From: Candidatus Bathyarchaeia archaeon
Lineage (GTDB): Archaea; Thermoproteota; Bathyarchaeia; Hecatellales; Hecatellaceae
Direction of reading: 5' to 3'
DNA length: 64,000 bases
NCBI GenBank assembly: GCA_038883335.1
Contig: JAVZMI010000006.1
Location: forward strand, 16,811 to 80,810
Shown here: positions 8,562-18,576 of the stretch, one piece after another
Numbering within the stretch: position 1 is the stretch's first letter
How the letters are laid out: the number at the start of each line of letters is the position of its first letter
The notes under the pieces: model-generated
What the model was told of the DNA's origin: nothing
Seen by the model: only the letters and a program-made list of their open reading frames with translations
The model's database searches: none
Translations under genes and position numbers: made by a program

Positions 8562-8781
8562 GTTATACCTTAGCTAATCTCGAAGGGGTGGTTTTTGCTT
8601 TGACAAATGCTTTAACGACTGTAAGGGTGTTTACCATGAATGGCAGATTTGTACACTGAACTACATATATTCCTTCTTGAGAGTAGTAGACTTCCCTAAA
8701 ACTACGGAAAGCTGCCAAACGTTTATGGTGTAGACAGCATCCTTGGAAAAGTGGGGAGTGTGTTTGAGAGAAGACCCCAGT

Positions 8782-9468
8782 TTAGAGGAGGTTGATGAGC
8801 CTAGCCTTTTCATTTTTTTCTATGTAAACCTCTTCACCCTCCCGCATCTCAGTTATCCTCTCATCCTCATTATCAGCTGCAAGAAAGGCTGTCTCCCTCA
8901 GCACTTTGACCCTTACCTTCGAATCCTCCGAGACCACGAAGCTTCTTTCACATGTAGAGAAGGGATTGTTCAGGCAGACTCCAATCCCTTGGTCGAAGGG
9001 TTCTCCTCCAGCCGCATGATAGTAACCTGAGGAGCCAAATGGGGTTGACACAATTACGCCGTCACCGATCAAATATGGATAAATTTTGTCGTTGACTGCA
9101 AGCGAAAACCTCAGTGCTCTCGTTGGGAGTTTATTACGAACCTGTATCTCGTTCAAGGCTACGAAAACTTGATTCTTGAAAATGGCTCTAAGCTTCATTT
9201 CTTCTTTCACTTCATATAATCCATCCCTGAGTTTTAGAAGAGACTCATTCAGGTTGTTTATGGGGTATTCGCACCTCCTACAAACTCGAGTTCGCTTAAA
9301 AGCCAACTTCGGGATTGATGGGAATAACCTCTCACTGTAGAGAATGCTCCCATCGCCGCCACTCACTATAACCAGATCAGGATCCTTATGGACTACGTCA
9401 AAGCCTAACCTGGTTAGAGCATTTCTGATGAGTGCAACATCGCGGAGGCTAACTATCACGACCTTCAT
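8782..9468 (-). CDS. nadK: NAD kinase
   Basis: Motifs seen: VIVSGGDGSILY (GGDG), NEIQV, and DGVIVSTPFGSSGYYHAAGG. I place the start at MKVVIVSL (ATG 9468). The 53-aa upstream extension in the ORF track (to 9627) looks non-coding. Confidence 0.8.
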   Translation of the reverse strand: MKVVIVSLRDVALIRNALTRLGFDVVHKDPDLVIVSGGDGSILYSERLFPSIPKLAFKRTRVCRRCEYPINNLNESLLKLRDGLYEVKEEMKLRAIFKNQVFVALNEIQVRNKLPTRALRFSLAVNDKIYPYLIGDGVIVSTPFGSSGYYHAAGGEPFDQGIGVCLNNPFSTCERSFVVSEDSKVRVKVLRETAFLAADNEDERITEMREGEEVYIEKNEKARLINLL

Positions 9469-9795
9469 ACGGCTACCAGAAAAAATGGTGGCTTCAAGTA
9501 TATTAGAATAATTATTAACAGATTTAGGGTGTGCTAGATTTTCGACGCCTGTCAATAAATAGACTAGCAGCAATCTGTGTCTAACGGGTGGGAGCGTAAG
9601 GCTGCTCGGAATGTAAAACCTCTGCAAGCACGATCATTAAACTTCAATGTTTAACCGACCACTCTGATTATGAACCGCAGGGAAGAAGATCCCCAGCCAT
9701 ATTTAAAAAGGAGACACCTATAATAGGTGAATAAGTTTAACTGGAGAAGCATTGTAAAGCGTACCATGATGGAACACTTCTAGGGATGGTGAAAA

Positions 9796-10944
9796 GTGTC
9801 CGGGATTAAATCCGTCCAAGCTGCGCAACAGTCTCCAACCCGCAAACCGAAGACCTTCGGAACCTTACTCTCAGAGGTTATAAGGAAGAACCTCTGCGTC
9901 AGTTGTGGTGCATGCGCAGCCGCCTGCCCAGTCTCCGTCGTGGTAATGAAAGATCAAACACCGACATTGATAGGTAAATGTATACTCTGCGAGTTCTGTT
10001 ACTACCAATGCCCCAGGACTGAACCCTCCCCAGAGGAACTCGAGGAGTTGGTCTTTGGACGACGTAGACTTGAGACTGAAACCTTTGGAGTTCACTTAGA
10101 CTGTTATACGGCGAGATCTAAGAGGGAGGATATACTGGAAGTAGCTGCAGATGGTGGGGTTGTGACGGCGCTACTATCTTACGCCTTTGACAAAGGTATT
10201 ATAGACTGCGCTGTGGTATCCGGGGTTTCAGATAATGAGCCCTGGAAAGCCATACCGAAGGTGGCCGTTACATCTGAGGAGCTTAAGAAATTTGCGGGAA
10301 CACGATACACAACCAGCCAAACGCTTCTTGGAGTTAGTGAGGCTGTAGAGAACTATGGAAGGAGTAGGATAGCCGTCGTTGGAGTTCCATGCCAGATCAG
10401 GGCAATCCGCAAGATGCAGACTACGCCTATGGGAGTCTTAAAGCTGGGAGAGAGGGTAGTGTTGAGTGTAGGTTTGTTCTGCATGGAGTGCTTCAGCTAC
10501 GAAGGGTTAATTCGCGAATATCTACAAGGCAAGAAGGGGCTAGACCTCTCAAAGATCAGGAAGTTCGCGATAAAAAAAGGCAAATTTGTCGTAAAGCTTG
10601 AAGGCAAAGATGTAATTGAGGTTCCCCTAGAAGAGGTGAAACCTTACGTAAAGCCAAGTTGCCTCCAGTGCGGGGACTTCGCCGCCGAGCTTGCAGATGT
10701 CTCGGTGGGATCCGTCGGCTCAGCTGAAGGGTGGTCTACAACAATACTTAGGACCGAGGCTGGTAAAAGACTATTCGAGGCTGCAGCCTCTGATGGGTAT
10801 ATTGAGTACCAAACTATAGATCAGGTTAAGAAAGGGTTGGAGCGCCTTACAAAGATTGTCGCCCTGAAGAGGGAGCATAGCGGAGGGAAACAGTTCGTCA
10901 CAGTCCAGGATCTTAAGGTTATGCTAGGCCAGGGGCAAACCTGA
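9796..10944 (+). CDS. FrhB/FdhB/FpoF-family protein (F420-reducing hydrogenase beta-like) with an N-terminal 2x[4Fe-4S] ferredoxin domain
   Basis: CVSCGACAAACP and CILCEFCYYQCP cluster motifs. The body resembles FrhB (VVGVPCQIRAIRK, CLQCGDFAAELADVSVGS). GTG start. It is convergent with the 3' end of the nuo operon. Confidence 0.7.
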   Translation: MSGIKSVQAAQQSPTRKPKTFGTLLSEVIRKNLCVSCGACAAACPVSVVVMKDQTPTLIGKCILCEFCYYQCPRTEPSPEELEELVFGRRRLETETFGVHLDCYTARSKREDILEVAADGGVVTALLSYAFDKGIIDCAVVSGVSDNEPWKAIPKVAVTSEELKKFAGTRYTTSQTLLGVSEAVENYGRSRIAVVGVPCQIRAIRKMQTTPMGVLKLGERVVLSVGLFCMECFSYEGLIREYLQGKKGLDLSKIRKFAIKKGKFVVKLEGKDVIEVPLEEVKPYVKPSCLQCGDFAAELADVSVGSVGSAEGWSTTILRTEAGKRLFEAAASDGYIEYQTIDQVKKGLERLTKIVALKREHSGGKQFVTVQDLKVMLGQGQT

Positions 10945-10962
10945 TGCAGAGCCTTCTTTCAT

Positions 10963-12480
10963 TTATGCTGTTGGCACTATACGAGACACTGAAGGCGCCA
11001 CTGTTACCGTGATGAAAGTTGGGTATAGCCCAAGCAGTATTGTGATGACCGTTAGAACAATTACGGGTGCAACCATAAGCCGCGGGCCCTCTTTCACACC
11101 TGATAACTGCGGAGGGGTTTGGCCGAAGAAGATCCGCCTAATCGTCCAGAGGCCGTAGCCAGCGGTCAAAGCTGAAAAGATGACGGCGACGCTGGTTACG
11201 AGTACTCGCGTTAAGTCAGTGTTCGTCTCGCTGATGAAACCAGCATACATGGAGCCGCTGAAGGTCAGGAATTCCCCCCAGAAGCCTATGAGAGGAGGAG
11301 CTCCCATTAATGTTAGGAACCCTACCATGGCGGCGGTGGCGGAGTAAGGCATCTTCCCCCCAAGCCCGCCGAGGCTCTTTATGTTTCTAGTATTGAGTGA
11401 ATGGATGAATATGCCAGCTATGAGGAATAGGATAGCCTTACCTAAACCATGGCTAACGTATATGAGCACAGCGCCGGTGAGGCCCAAGGTAGAAACGGAT
11501 ACTACGCCGAAGAGGAGATACCCCATCTGACTAATGCTAGAGTAGGCTAGCAATCTTTTAATATCATCTTGAGCCAACGCCATGTAGCCGCCATAGATCA
11601 TCGTTACCACGGCCAAGACTACCAAGGATGTTGTTAGCTGCCAATTGCCAAGAACCGTTGGGAAGCAAGTATAGATTATACGGATGGCAGCATACCCACC
11701 TATCCCCACCATCGCAGGCGAGAGCAGCGCACTTATTGGGGTCGGAGCTTCGGCGTGAGCGTCAGGCAACCATGTATGAAGTGGAAAGATAGCCATCTTA
11801 ACGAAGAGCCCTATCAGTATGGCCAACGCGATGGCTATGGTGGTTGTGGGGTTTACGCCATGCATCCCGGTAGCCACATCGAAGACGTCGAATGTTCCAG
11901 AGATGAAGCGGGTTGTCACTATCCCAGCGAGTAAAGCTAGAGCACCGGACTCTGTGAACATGAAGTATTTGAATGCTATCCTCTCCCTCTGGCCCGTACC
12001 CCAGAACCCTATTAGAGCCCAAGAAGGGAGGAGCATCAACTCGAAGAAGATGAAGAAACTCGCAAGGTTTGTAGTTAACACAGTCCCCAGCATCCCCCCC
12101 GCATAGAGCAGATAAAGAGCAAAATAGTGGCCTAGTGCATGCTCACGCTCCATGTAGGGGATTGAGTAGACAGCTATTAGAGCGGAGAGCATGGCGATGA
12201 GTAAGGCGAACGGTGCACTGAGTCCGTCGGCGACTAGAGTAAAATCCCCCACAAAGGCGCCCCAACTGTAAGATGCTTCAAGGCTCCCCCCCCAAGCTGG
12301 GAGACTGAAGGAGATGAAGGTGAGGATTGCCGTGCTGTAAGCCATGACGACGAAAGCCAGCCACCCCACATATTTACCCAATACCTTACTTGTGGCAAGA
12401 GACACAGCAGAGAAAACAATCGGAGCAAATACCACTTGAAGGAGTAGACCTCCGCCGTCGATCATTCTACCACCATCCAT
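10963..12480 (-). CDS. nuoN: Complex I antiporter-like subunit (NuoN or NuoM type)
   Basis: 505 aa, polytopic. Motif HTWLPDAHAEAPTPISALLS. It is the last gene of the nuo operon. I cannot resolve the M versus N assignment by eye. Confidence 0.8.
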   Translation of the reverse strand: MDGGRMIDGGGLLLQVVFAPIVFSAVSLATSKVLGKYVGWLAFVVMAYSTAILTFISFSLPAWGGSLEASYSWGAFVGDFTLVADGLSAPFALLIAMLSALIAVYSIPYMEREHALGHYFALYLLYAGGMLGTVLTTNLASFFIFFELMLLPSWALIGFWGTGQRERIAFKYFMFTESGALALLAGIVTTRFISGTFDVFDVATGMHGVNPTTTIAIALAILIGLFVKMAIFPLHTWLPDAHAEAPTPISALLSPAMVGIGGYAAIRIIYTCFPTVLGNWQLTTSLVVLAVVTMIYGGYMALAQDDIKRLLAYSSISQMGYLLFGVVSVSTLGLTGAVLIYVSHGLGKAILFLIAGIFIHSLNTRNIKSLGGLGGKMPYSATAAMVGFLTLMGAPPLIGFWGEFLTFSGSMYAGFISETNTDLTRVLVTSVAVIFSALTAGYGLWTIRRIFFGQTPPQLSGVKEGPRLMVAPVIVLTVITILLGLYPTFITVTVAPSVSRIVPTA

Positions 12481-14560
12481 TAGCGATAACTATTGCCAAG
12501 AGGAAAAATACAAATCCGAAGACTACAGCGACCATGTTGTAACTTAAAACTCCGGTGTGGCTCCTCCGGAAACTACTGGCTAAACCTTTAGTTGCACCAG
12601 CCAACAAATAATTGAAACGGTCGATTCCTTTCAATTCCACATTCTCCAAGACCCAACGGCTGAAATCTAAAGTGGGATATACGAAAAGCCGGTAGGCGAC
12701 GCGATTAATGTACCACCTGTTAAGGACAAATTCCCTTAGAACCTTTAGGGCAGTGTAACGCTCAAGGATAGCAGCGGGGTCGATTCTCCTTCTCACGTAT
12801 AAGAGGTAAGCTGGAAAGGCCCCTGCCACTAAGGCGGCTAAGGATACAGTGGTTGTCACCCATACGGCCTCCTCCGGAGGCACTCCCGCTATGGCGGAGG
12901 GCTCAACCCCATTCGGAGAGCTGCCATGACCCAGCATACCTGTAACACTTACAAGGTAATCGCTGAAGACCTCTTCTAGCCACCCTTTAATGAGGCTACC
13001 AGTGGCGCCGAAGGCTATGGTTCCGGCTACGAGTGCCATGAAGGGCCCCCACATGATTACTCCAGTTTCATGCACATGATGACCCTTCGTCTCCAAGTTT
13101 TGGATATGGTTGCTCTTAGAGCCGAAGAAGGTCAGGCCGAGCATTCTTACACTGTAGAAGCTGGTGACAGCTACTGTGATGGAGGCTAGGGCGAAGATCC
13201 AGTATTGTCCGGCTTCAAGCGATGCCTCCAATATCATGTCCTTACTCCAGAAGCCGCTGAAGAGGAGGGGGACACCCATGAGAGAGAAAACTGCTAGACT
13301 CATACCCCAGAAGGTTATCGGCATATGCCGCCTAAGCCCTCCCATATGGTACATGAACCTCGACTCGCATGCGTGGATCACCGCCCCAGCGGAGAGGAAT
13401 AACGCAGCCTTGAACATAGCGTGGCTCATAAGGTGGAAGACACCAGCCGTATAGCCAACTAAAAACTCGGCAGTTGACCCTGCAACACCTAATGCAAGCA
13501 TCATATAACCGAGTTGGCTGACAGTCGAGTAAGCTAGAACCTTCTTGATCTCCCCCGACACCATCCCCTGGCTGCCAGCCACAAACGCGGTGATTGCGCC
13601 CACCCAAGCCACGACATAGAAGAAGTTAACCAGCCCGTTGGGTCCCCCGTGCCAAGCTGCTAAGTAGAACATCGGGAAGATCCTACCAACAAGGTACACC
13701 CCCGCGTTAACCATGGTTGCAGCGTGGATTAGGGCGCTGACAGTTGTAGGACCGCTCATCGCGTCTGGTAACCACTCCATTAGAGGCAGTTGCGCTGATT
13801 TGCCGATGGGGCCCCCAAGTAGGAGGAATACTGCAGGGATCAGGAAAGCTGCTGGAACCCGCAGTATGCTGCCATTCTGAAGGTCGAGGAAGTTTACCGT
13901 GCCGGTGAAGACTAGAATCACGAAGATCCCCAATAGGAGGAAGAGGTCGCCTATTCGAGTTGTAATAAACGCCTTCATCCCGCAGTGGGATGGAGGGTAT
14001 GCCTCGGCTCCCTCTCCAACCCAGCATTTTAGCCAGTCCTCCTTAGCGTCCCGATACCAGAAGCCTATTAAAGCGTATGAGCAAAGGCCGACGCCCTCCC
14101 AACCGAAGAGAAGCTGTATGAAGTTATCGGAGAGGACGAGAAGCAACATGCTCCCTATGAAGAGGTTCATGAAGAACCAGTACCTCGTCAAACTTGGGTC
14201 GCCACGCATGTAGCCAAGACTGTAGACCATGATGAGGAAGCCTATTATGGAGACCACATTAGCCATGATAACGCTGAGTGGATCTACGATCAAACCGGCC
14301 ATCAGCTTACTCAAAATCGGCGCGCCTGGTAAGAGAAGCCACTCAACTTGAGTATGGAGCAACCTGCCCTCCAAGATGTATGGTATCATAGCTACAGTCA
14401 TCACGACAGCAAAAAAAGCGAACGCGACGGCGCCGTAATCTCTAAGCCTAGAATGTATCTTAGCAAGAAGGGGTGTCAACACTGCCCCGAGGATTGGGAA
14501 AACCCAAGCCAGCCAAGCAGTCCAAACGAACTCTGCGATATACCCCATAACCTTCACCAC
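12467..14560 (-). CDS. nuoL: Complex I subunit NuoL (long antiporter-like subunit with a C-terminal lateral extension)
   Basis: 697 aa. Motifs seen: GWEGVGLCSYALIGFW, MEWLPDAMSGPTTVSALIHAATMV, KKVLAYSTVSQLGYM. It has a long C-terminal extension ending in a TM helix. Confidence 0.9.
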   Translation of the reverse strand: MVKVMGYIAEFVWTAWLAWVFPILGAVLTPLLAKIHSRLRDYGAVAFAFFAVVMTVAMIPYILEGRLLHTQVEWLLLPGAPILSKLMAGLIVDPLSVIMANVVSIIGFLIMVYSLGYMRGDPSLTRYWFFMNLFIGSMLLLVLSDNFIQLLFGWEGVGLCSYALIGFWYRDAKEDWLKCWVGEGAEAYPPSHCGMKAFITTRIGDLFLLLGIFVILVFTGTVNFLDLQNGSILRVPAAFLIPAVFLLLGGPIGKSAQLPLMEWLPDAMSGPTTVSALIHAATMVNAGVYLVGRIFPMFYLAAWHGGPNGLVNFFYVVAWVGAITAFVAGSQGMVSGEIKKVLAYSTVSQLGYMMLALGVAGSTAEFLVGYTAGVFHLMSHAMFKAALFLSAGAVIHACESRFMYHMGGLRRHMPITFWGMSLAVFSLMGVPLLFSGFWSKDMILEASLEAGQYWIFALASITVAVTSFYSVRMLGLTFFGSKSNHIQNLETKGHHVHETGVIMWGPFMALVAGTIAFGATGSLIKGWLEEVFSDYLVSVTGMLGHGSSPNGVEPSAIAGVPPEEAVWVTTTVSLAALVAGAFPAYLLYVRRRIDPAAILERYTALKVLREFVLNRWYINRVAYRLFVYPTLDFSRWVLENVELKGIDRFNYLLAGATKGLASSFRRSHTGVLSYNMVAVVFGFVFFLLAIVIANGWW

Positions 14561-16053
14561 CCAATTAAAGCGCGGGTCGCACTCTCAACAGCATTGATGA
14601 CCAAACCCGGCCAAACACCTGCCAAGATGGTGATAACTGCTAATATAACTATGGGCGCTACCATGATAGGGGAAACCTCCCTGGCCATCTCGATCGCCGG
14701 CCTCGGAGCCTTAATAACTAGCCGTTGGAGAACCCAGAGGTAATACACGGCTGCAAGTATGCTGTTTAAGACTATCACGATTGTAGCGCCAACCAGGAAT
14801 GGGCTCTGAGCCAGGTTGAAGCCAGCTAGAATGATGAAGAGCTTGCTCCAGAAGCCGCTAAACGGTGGAACACCGGCGAGGGTCAGTAGCCCTATAGAGA
14901 AGGAGAACCCTGTCCAAGGCATTCTCCTGCCTATGCCTTCCAACTCTGAGAGATCTCTTGATTTGGCTTCGTGGATGAAACAACCGGTGCCGAGGAAGAG
15001 AAGCCCTTTCCCCACAGCGTGGTTGAAGATGTGGAAGAGGGAGCCCTCAATTGCCAACACCGCCACGAGCGCCGCAACCGTTGGGGTCGTGGGGTAGTAG
15101 TTGCTTAGCGCGTAGGCGCCGATTCCTACCCCTGCTAAGATGTATCCTATGTTGACGACGCTTGAGTACGCCAGTAGCCTCTTCACGTCGCTCTGCAATA
15201 GTGCCATGAGGTTCGCAACAGTCATCGTAACCAATCCGAAGAGTATTAAAACAGTCCCGAAGTCGAAGGAGAACGGATCGAAGACGGTGAATAGAACCCT
15301 GTATACCGCATATACTCCAACCTTGATTACAACTCCTGAAAGCATAGCACTTATGGAGGCTGGAGCTGCTGGGTGAGCGTCAGGAAGCCATGTATGGAAC
15401 GGAACTATTGAAGCTGTGACACCGAAACCACAGATGAACATCGCCGCCAACGCCAGCAAAACAATGCCAGAAGGTTTAACCAGCGCTAAACCCTCAGCCA
15501 CATATGTCATATCAAGGGTGCCAGTGAGACCGTAAAGGAAAGACATCGCGTAGAGAAATAGGATCGAACCGAAGGTGCTCATCACGAGATATTTGAAGCT
15601 TGCCTCAACAGGCTCCCAGTGATGTTTACGGTAGGCTACGAGGACATAAGCGGATATAGACATTACCTCCCAGAAGATGAAGAGGTTGAAGAGGTCGCCG
15701 GCAAAAGAGACACCAACCATGCCTCCAACCATAGCGAGAAGGAGCGCGTAGTATTTCTCCACACCTATGTCGTGCTCCATATACTTCAACGAGTACACCG
15801 CCACCAGAAGACCAACCCCCACGAAAAGGTACGCCATGAAGATGCTTAGATGGTCGGCACGATAGCTAACCCCTAGAGGCGGGCTATATGCCGCCAGATG
15901 ATAGACCACAACTTTGCTTGGTGAAGCCTCAACATACCCTTGAAGCCTATGTATATAATATACGGTTACCGCGAGTACGCTTATGGAGAAGAGGTCCTTC
16001 AACTTCTCTAGACGAAATGCTCTCCCAAACAGAGCTACGATCGGAACTAACAT
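14554..16053 (-). CDS. nuoM: Complex I antiporter-like subunit (NuoM or NuoN type)
   Basis: 499 aa. Motifs seen: HTWLPDAHPAAPASISAMLSGVVIKVG and KRLLAYSSVVNIGY. Its position between nuoK and nuoL matches the archaeal K-M-L-N order. Confidence 0.8.
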   Translation of the reverse strand: MLVPIVALFGRAFRLEKLKDLFSISVLAVTVYYIHRLQGYVEASPSKVVVYHLAAYSPPLGVSYRADHLSIFMAYLFVGVGLLVAVYSLKYMEHDIGVEKYYALLLAMVGGMVGVSFAGDLFNLFIFWEVMSISAYVLVAYRKHHWEPVEASFKYLVMSTFGSILFLYAMSFLYGLTGTLDMTYVAEGLALVKPSGIVLLALAAMFICGFGVTASIVPFHTWLPDAHPAAPASISAMLSGVVIKVGVYAVYRVLFTVFDPFSFDFGTVLILFGLVTMTVANLMALLQSDVKRLLAYSSVVNIGYILAGVGIGAYALSNYYPTTPTVAALVAVLAIEGSLFHIFNHAVGKGLLFLGTGCFIHEAKSRDLSELEGIGRRMPWTGFSFSIGLLTLAGVPPFSGFWSKLFIILAGFNLAQSPFLVGATIVIVLNSILAAVYYLWVLQRLVIKAPRPAIEMAREVSPIMVAPIVILAVITILAGVWPGLVINAVESATRALIGW

Positions 16054-16104
16054 CGCACCGGCTACGAGTGTGATAATTGGGAATAACGCTGGTACGGTTA
16101 TAGC

Positions 16105-16434
16105 TTACCACCTCAGCCTTCGAAGCTTTTTTACGTCAAGGGTAGCATAATGCCTATAAGCATTTATGACGAGGAGAACCGCTATAGTGGCCACAGCAGC
16201 GGCTATCACGATCGAGACAATAACTACACTCTGAGCTAATGCGTCTGTGAATGGTGGGGACGAGATCGCGAACCCAAGAGCTACAAAGTTTAGATGGACT
16301 GCGGACGTTAGAATCTCTATGCCTATAACGATTTTTATCATATTCCTCTTCACCGTTATGCAGTAGGTGCCCAGAATGAAGAGGCCAACTGCTGCAACCA
16401 TGTACCAACTGGCCTCCAAAACCATTCGTCTCAC
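16105..16434 (-). CDS. nuoK: Complex I subunit NuoK
   Basis: 109 aa, 3 TM segments, GIEILTSAVHLNFVALG pattern, operon position. Confidence 0.85.
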   Translation of the reverse strand: MRRMVLEASWYMVAAVGLFILGTYCITVKRNMIKIVIGIEILTSAVHLNFVALGFAISSPPFTDALAQSVVIVSIVIAAAVATIAVLLVINAYRHYATLDVKKLRRLRW

Positions 16435-16724
16435 TCCTCCTCTTCCTCTTCCACCTTAGCCTCCTCGATTGTTGCCTCCTCCAAAGCAGTCGCATATCTC
16501 TTCTCTTCGAATAGTACAGCTGCGCCCACAACTGACACGAATATTAGGAAACATAGGAGTATGACATCGAATCCGCGGAATGTCCAGAGCGAAAGCACGT
16601 CGGGCATTAGTGAACGGGACAATATTGAGTGCCGAAAAGTGGAGAGGACACCAACTAAACCCAACATCACCATTGCAAATGTTACCACAGCGGCTAAGCT
16701 GACGATTTTATTTATGCGTCTCAT
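16431..16724 (-). CDS. nuoJ: C-terminal fragment of split NuoJ (J2)
   Basis: 97 aa with 2 TM segments and an acidic tail. It is in the same frame as the upstream 84-aa NuoJ N-terminal ORF, separated only by TAA (16730..16728) plus one codon. Confidence 0.55.
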   Translation of the reverse strand: MRRINKIVSLAAVVTFAMVMLGLVGVLSTFRHSILSRSLMPDVLSLWTFRGFDVILLCFLIFVSVVGAAVLFEEKRYATALEEATIEEAKVEEEEEE

Positions 16725-16727
16725 TGT

Positions 16728-16982
16728 TTACAGTCTCCTAACAGTTCGGAAGGTTACCAGTAGAAGGACGACGACTGCCCCCGCGTAGACCAATAATTGA
16801 ACAGCTGCTGCGAAGGGAGCGCCTAGGATGAAGAATATAACCGCCAACAGGACACTCATGAAAAAGAAGGCAGCGATCGCCTTCAGTATATTACGAATCT
16901 CCACGGCTATAAAGGCGCTAACTACCGTTAGGATGATTAACACCAGTTGGGAAATTGCCGACAGATCCAAAATCTCACTCAA
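16728..16982 (-). CDS. nuoJ: N-terminal fragment of split NuoJ (J1)
   Basis: 84 aa. AVEIRNILKAIAAFFFMSVLLAVIFFILGAPFAAAVQLLVYAGAVVVLLLV matches the conserved NuoJ N-terminal core (..Y.GA..VL..F). Confidence 0.7.
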   Translation of the reverse strand: MSEILDLSAISQLVLIILTVVSAFIAVEIRNILKAIAAFFFMSVLLAVIFFILGAPFAAAVQLLVYAGAVVVLLLVTFRTVRRL

Positions 16983-17032
16983 GGTTCATCAGCCCTTCCA
17001 ACGCTGACGCTGGAAAGTCGACAGATAACGTT

Positions 17033-17491
17033 TCATTGATGTGCGGCACCTCTCTTATCAATCTGCAGTGAAACCAGCTTCCGGCGGGACTCTTTGGGTG
17101 GAAGTGCGAGCCGTGAGGGTGAATATTTTAGGTTAGGTCGTTGATACTCAGCTAACTCCTGGTCGGGGCTCATGCTAAGAGCCAGCCTCGGGCAGTAGTC
17201 CACGCAGAAGCCGCAGAAACAGCACCGCCCAATATCTACAGCGGGGAACTTCCGTTCGTCGATCATAACGATCTCGACTGCTTTATTTGGGCATATGTAG
17301 GCGCAGACGCCGCAACCTACGCACCGATCCATGTCGAGTTTTAAGCGACCTCTAGCCCTCTCGACCGGTTTGAGAGCCTCATATGGATGGAAGACAGTGA
17401 ACGACCTCTTTACGAAGTGCTCAGCGATCACCTTTAGAGGTTTCACCACAGCGGACATGCGAACCACACCTCTCCCATAACTTTTAGACAC
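17033..17491 (-). CDS. nuoI: Complex I subunit NuoI (2x[4Fe-4S])
   Basis: CVGCGVCAYICP and CCFCGFCVDYCP motifs, operon position. Confidence 0.9.
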   Translation of the reverse strand: MSKSYGRGVVRMSAVVKPLKVIAEHFVKRSFTVFHPYEALKPVERARGRLKLDMDRCVGCGVCAYICPNKAVEIVMIDERKFPAVDIGRCCFCGFCVDYCPRLALSMSPDQELAEYQRPNLKYSPSRLALPPKESRRKLVSLQIDKRGAAHQ

Positions 17492-18569
17492 CTACTAGTG
17501 TTGGGGTAAATTGCACCAACGCTAAAGTTATTAGAACCTGTATGAGCGCCAACGGTATCAGGTATGCCCACCCTGCGCTGAGCAGCTGATCTATTCTAAC
17601 GCGGGGGAATACCCCCCTGAGCAGCAGAATAATCATCATCACGATGCTCGTTTTAAAGAGGAACCAGAAGATGGGAGGCAAGAAGCTGGGGCCGAGCCAA
17701 CCCCCCATAAACAGAGCCGTCAATAGGAGTGATACTGTCGTTAGGTCGAGGTACTCAGCCATCATGAAACATCCGTAGAGTACGCCGCTGTACTCTGTGA
17801 ACCAACCATATATCACCTCCTGCTCTGCATGTGGTAGATCAAAGGGGCGCCTAGCCACCTCCGCCAACATAGCCACAAAGAAAACCGCAAAGCCGATAGG
17901 CTGGATAACCCCAAACCATACCTTTTCCTGACTTTCAACAATTTCTACAAGGTCGAATGATCCAACTACCAGAACCACGCTAGCCACAGCTATTAGTAGC
18001 GGAATCTCATAGGCTAACAGTTGGAAGGCAGCCCTCAGCGCACCCAAAGTACAGAACTTGTTTCGAGACGCCCAACCTGCAGCAATCATAATGAATGGAC
18101 GCATCGTCAGGAGCAGAATTATTACGAGTAAGCTGAGTTCAGAGTAGTAGATCACCCAGTAACGCTCAGGCTGATCTGGAACGAAGGGGATGAGACCTGG
18201 CCGATATAGCCCGAAGGGCATGAAGGCCACAGGTAACACCGATAGGGTTAAGGCTGCGATTGGTGCTGCCTTGAACAGAAGTTTATGGGCATTGTCCGGA
18301 ATTATAATCTCCTTCCCCAGCAGCTTGACGAAATCAGCTATAGGTTGGAAGAGGCCCATAACTGGGCCTACATGGTATGGCCCTACTCGGAGGTGGATTC
18401 GCGCGTTAACCTTCCTCTCGAACCAGACTGCCAATAGCACCGCTAGAGACAGAAAGATCAATCCAGGGAAGATTATGATTTTCACGAAAAGCTCCGCTAT
18501 ATAGCCTGCCTTCCAGAGTGCCCACACCCAGTTTAAGAGCTCTTCAGGCGATAGTACTATGTAGACCAT
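17484..18569 (-). CDS. nuoH: Complex I subunit NuoH
   Basis: 361 aa, polytopic. Motifs seen: RVGPYHVGPVMGLFQPIADFVKL and VARRPFDLPHAEQEVIYGWFTEYSG. Confidence 0.9.
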   Translation of the reverse strand: MVYIVLSPEELLNWVWALWKAGYIAELFVKIIIFPGLIFLSLAVLLAVWFERKVNARIHLRVGPYHVGPVMGLFQPIADFVKLLGKEIIIPDNAHKLLFKAAPIAALTLSVLPVAFMPFGLYRPGLIPFVPDQPERYWVIYYSELSLLVIILLLTMRPFIMIAAGWASRNKFCTLGALRAAFQLLAYEIPLLIAVASVVLVVGSFDLVEIVESQEKVWFGVIQPIGFAVFFVAMLAEVARRPFDLPHAEQEVIYGWFTEYSGVLYGCFMMAEYLDLTTVSLLLTALFMGGWLGPSFLPPIFWFLFKTSIVMMIILLLRGVFPRVRIDQLLSAGWAYLIPLALIQVLITLALVQFTPTLVGV

Positions 18570-18576
18570 TGGGCTT

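Noticed and set aside
9469-9627. 53-codon N-terminal extension of the NAD kinase ORF.
   Set aside because: The conserved NAD kinase fold starts at MKVVIVSL (ATG 9468). The extension has no homology-like features and probably covers the promoter or 5' region.
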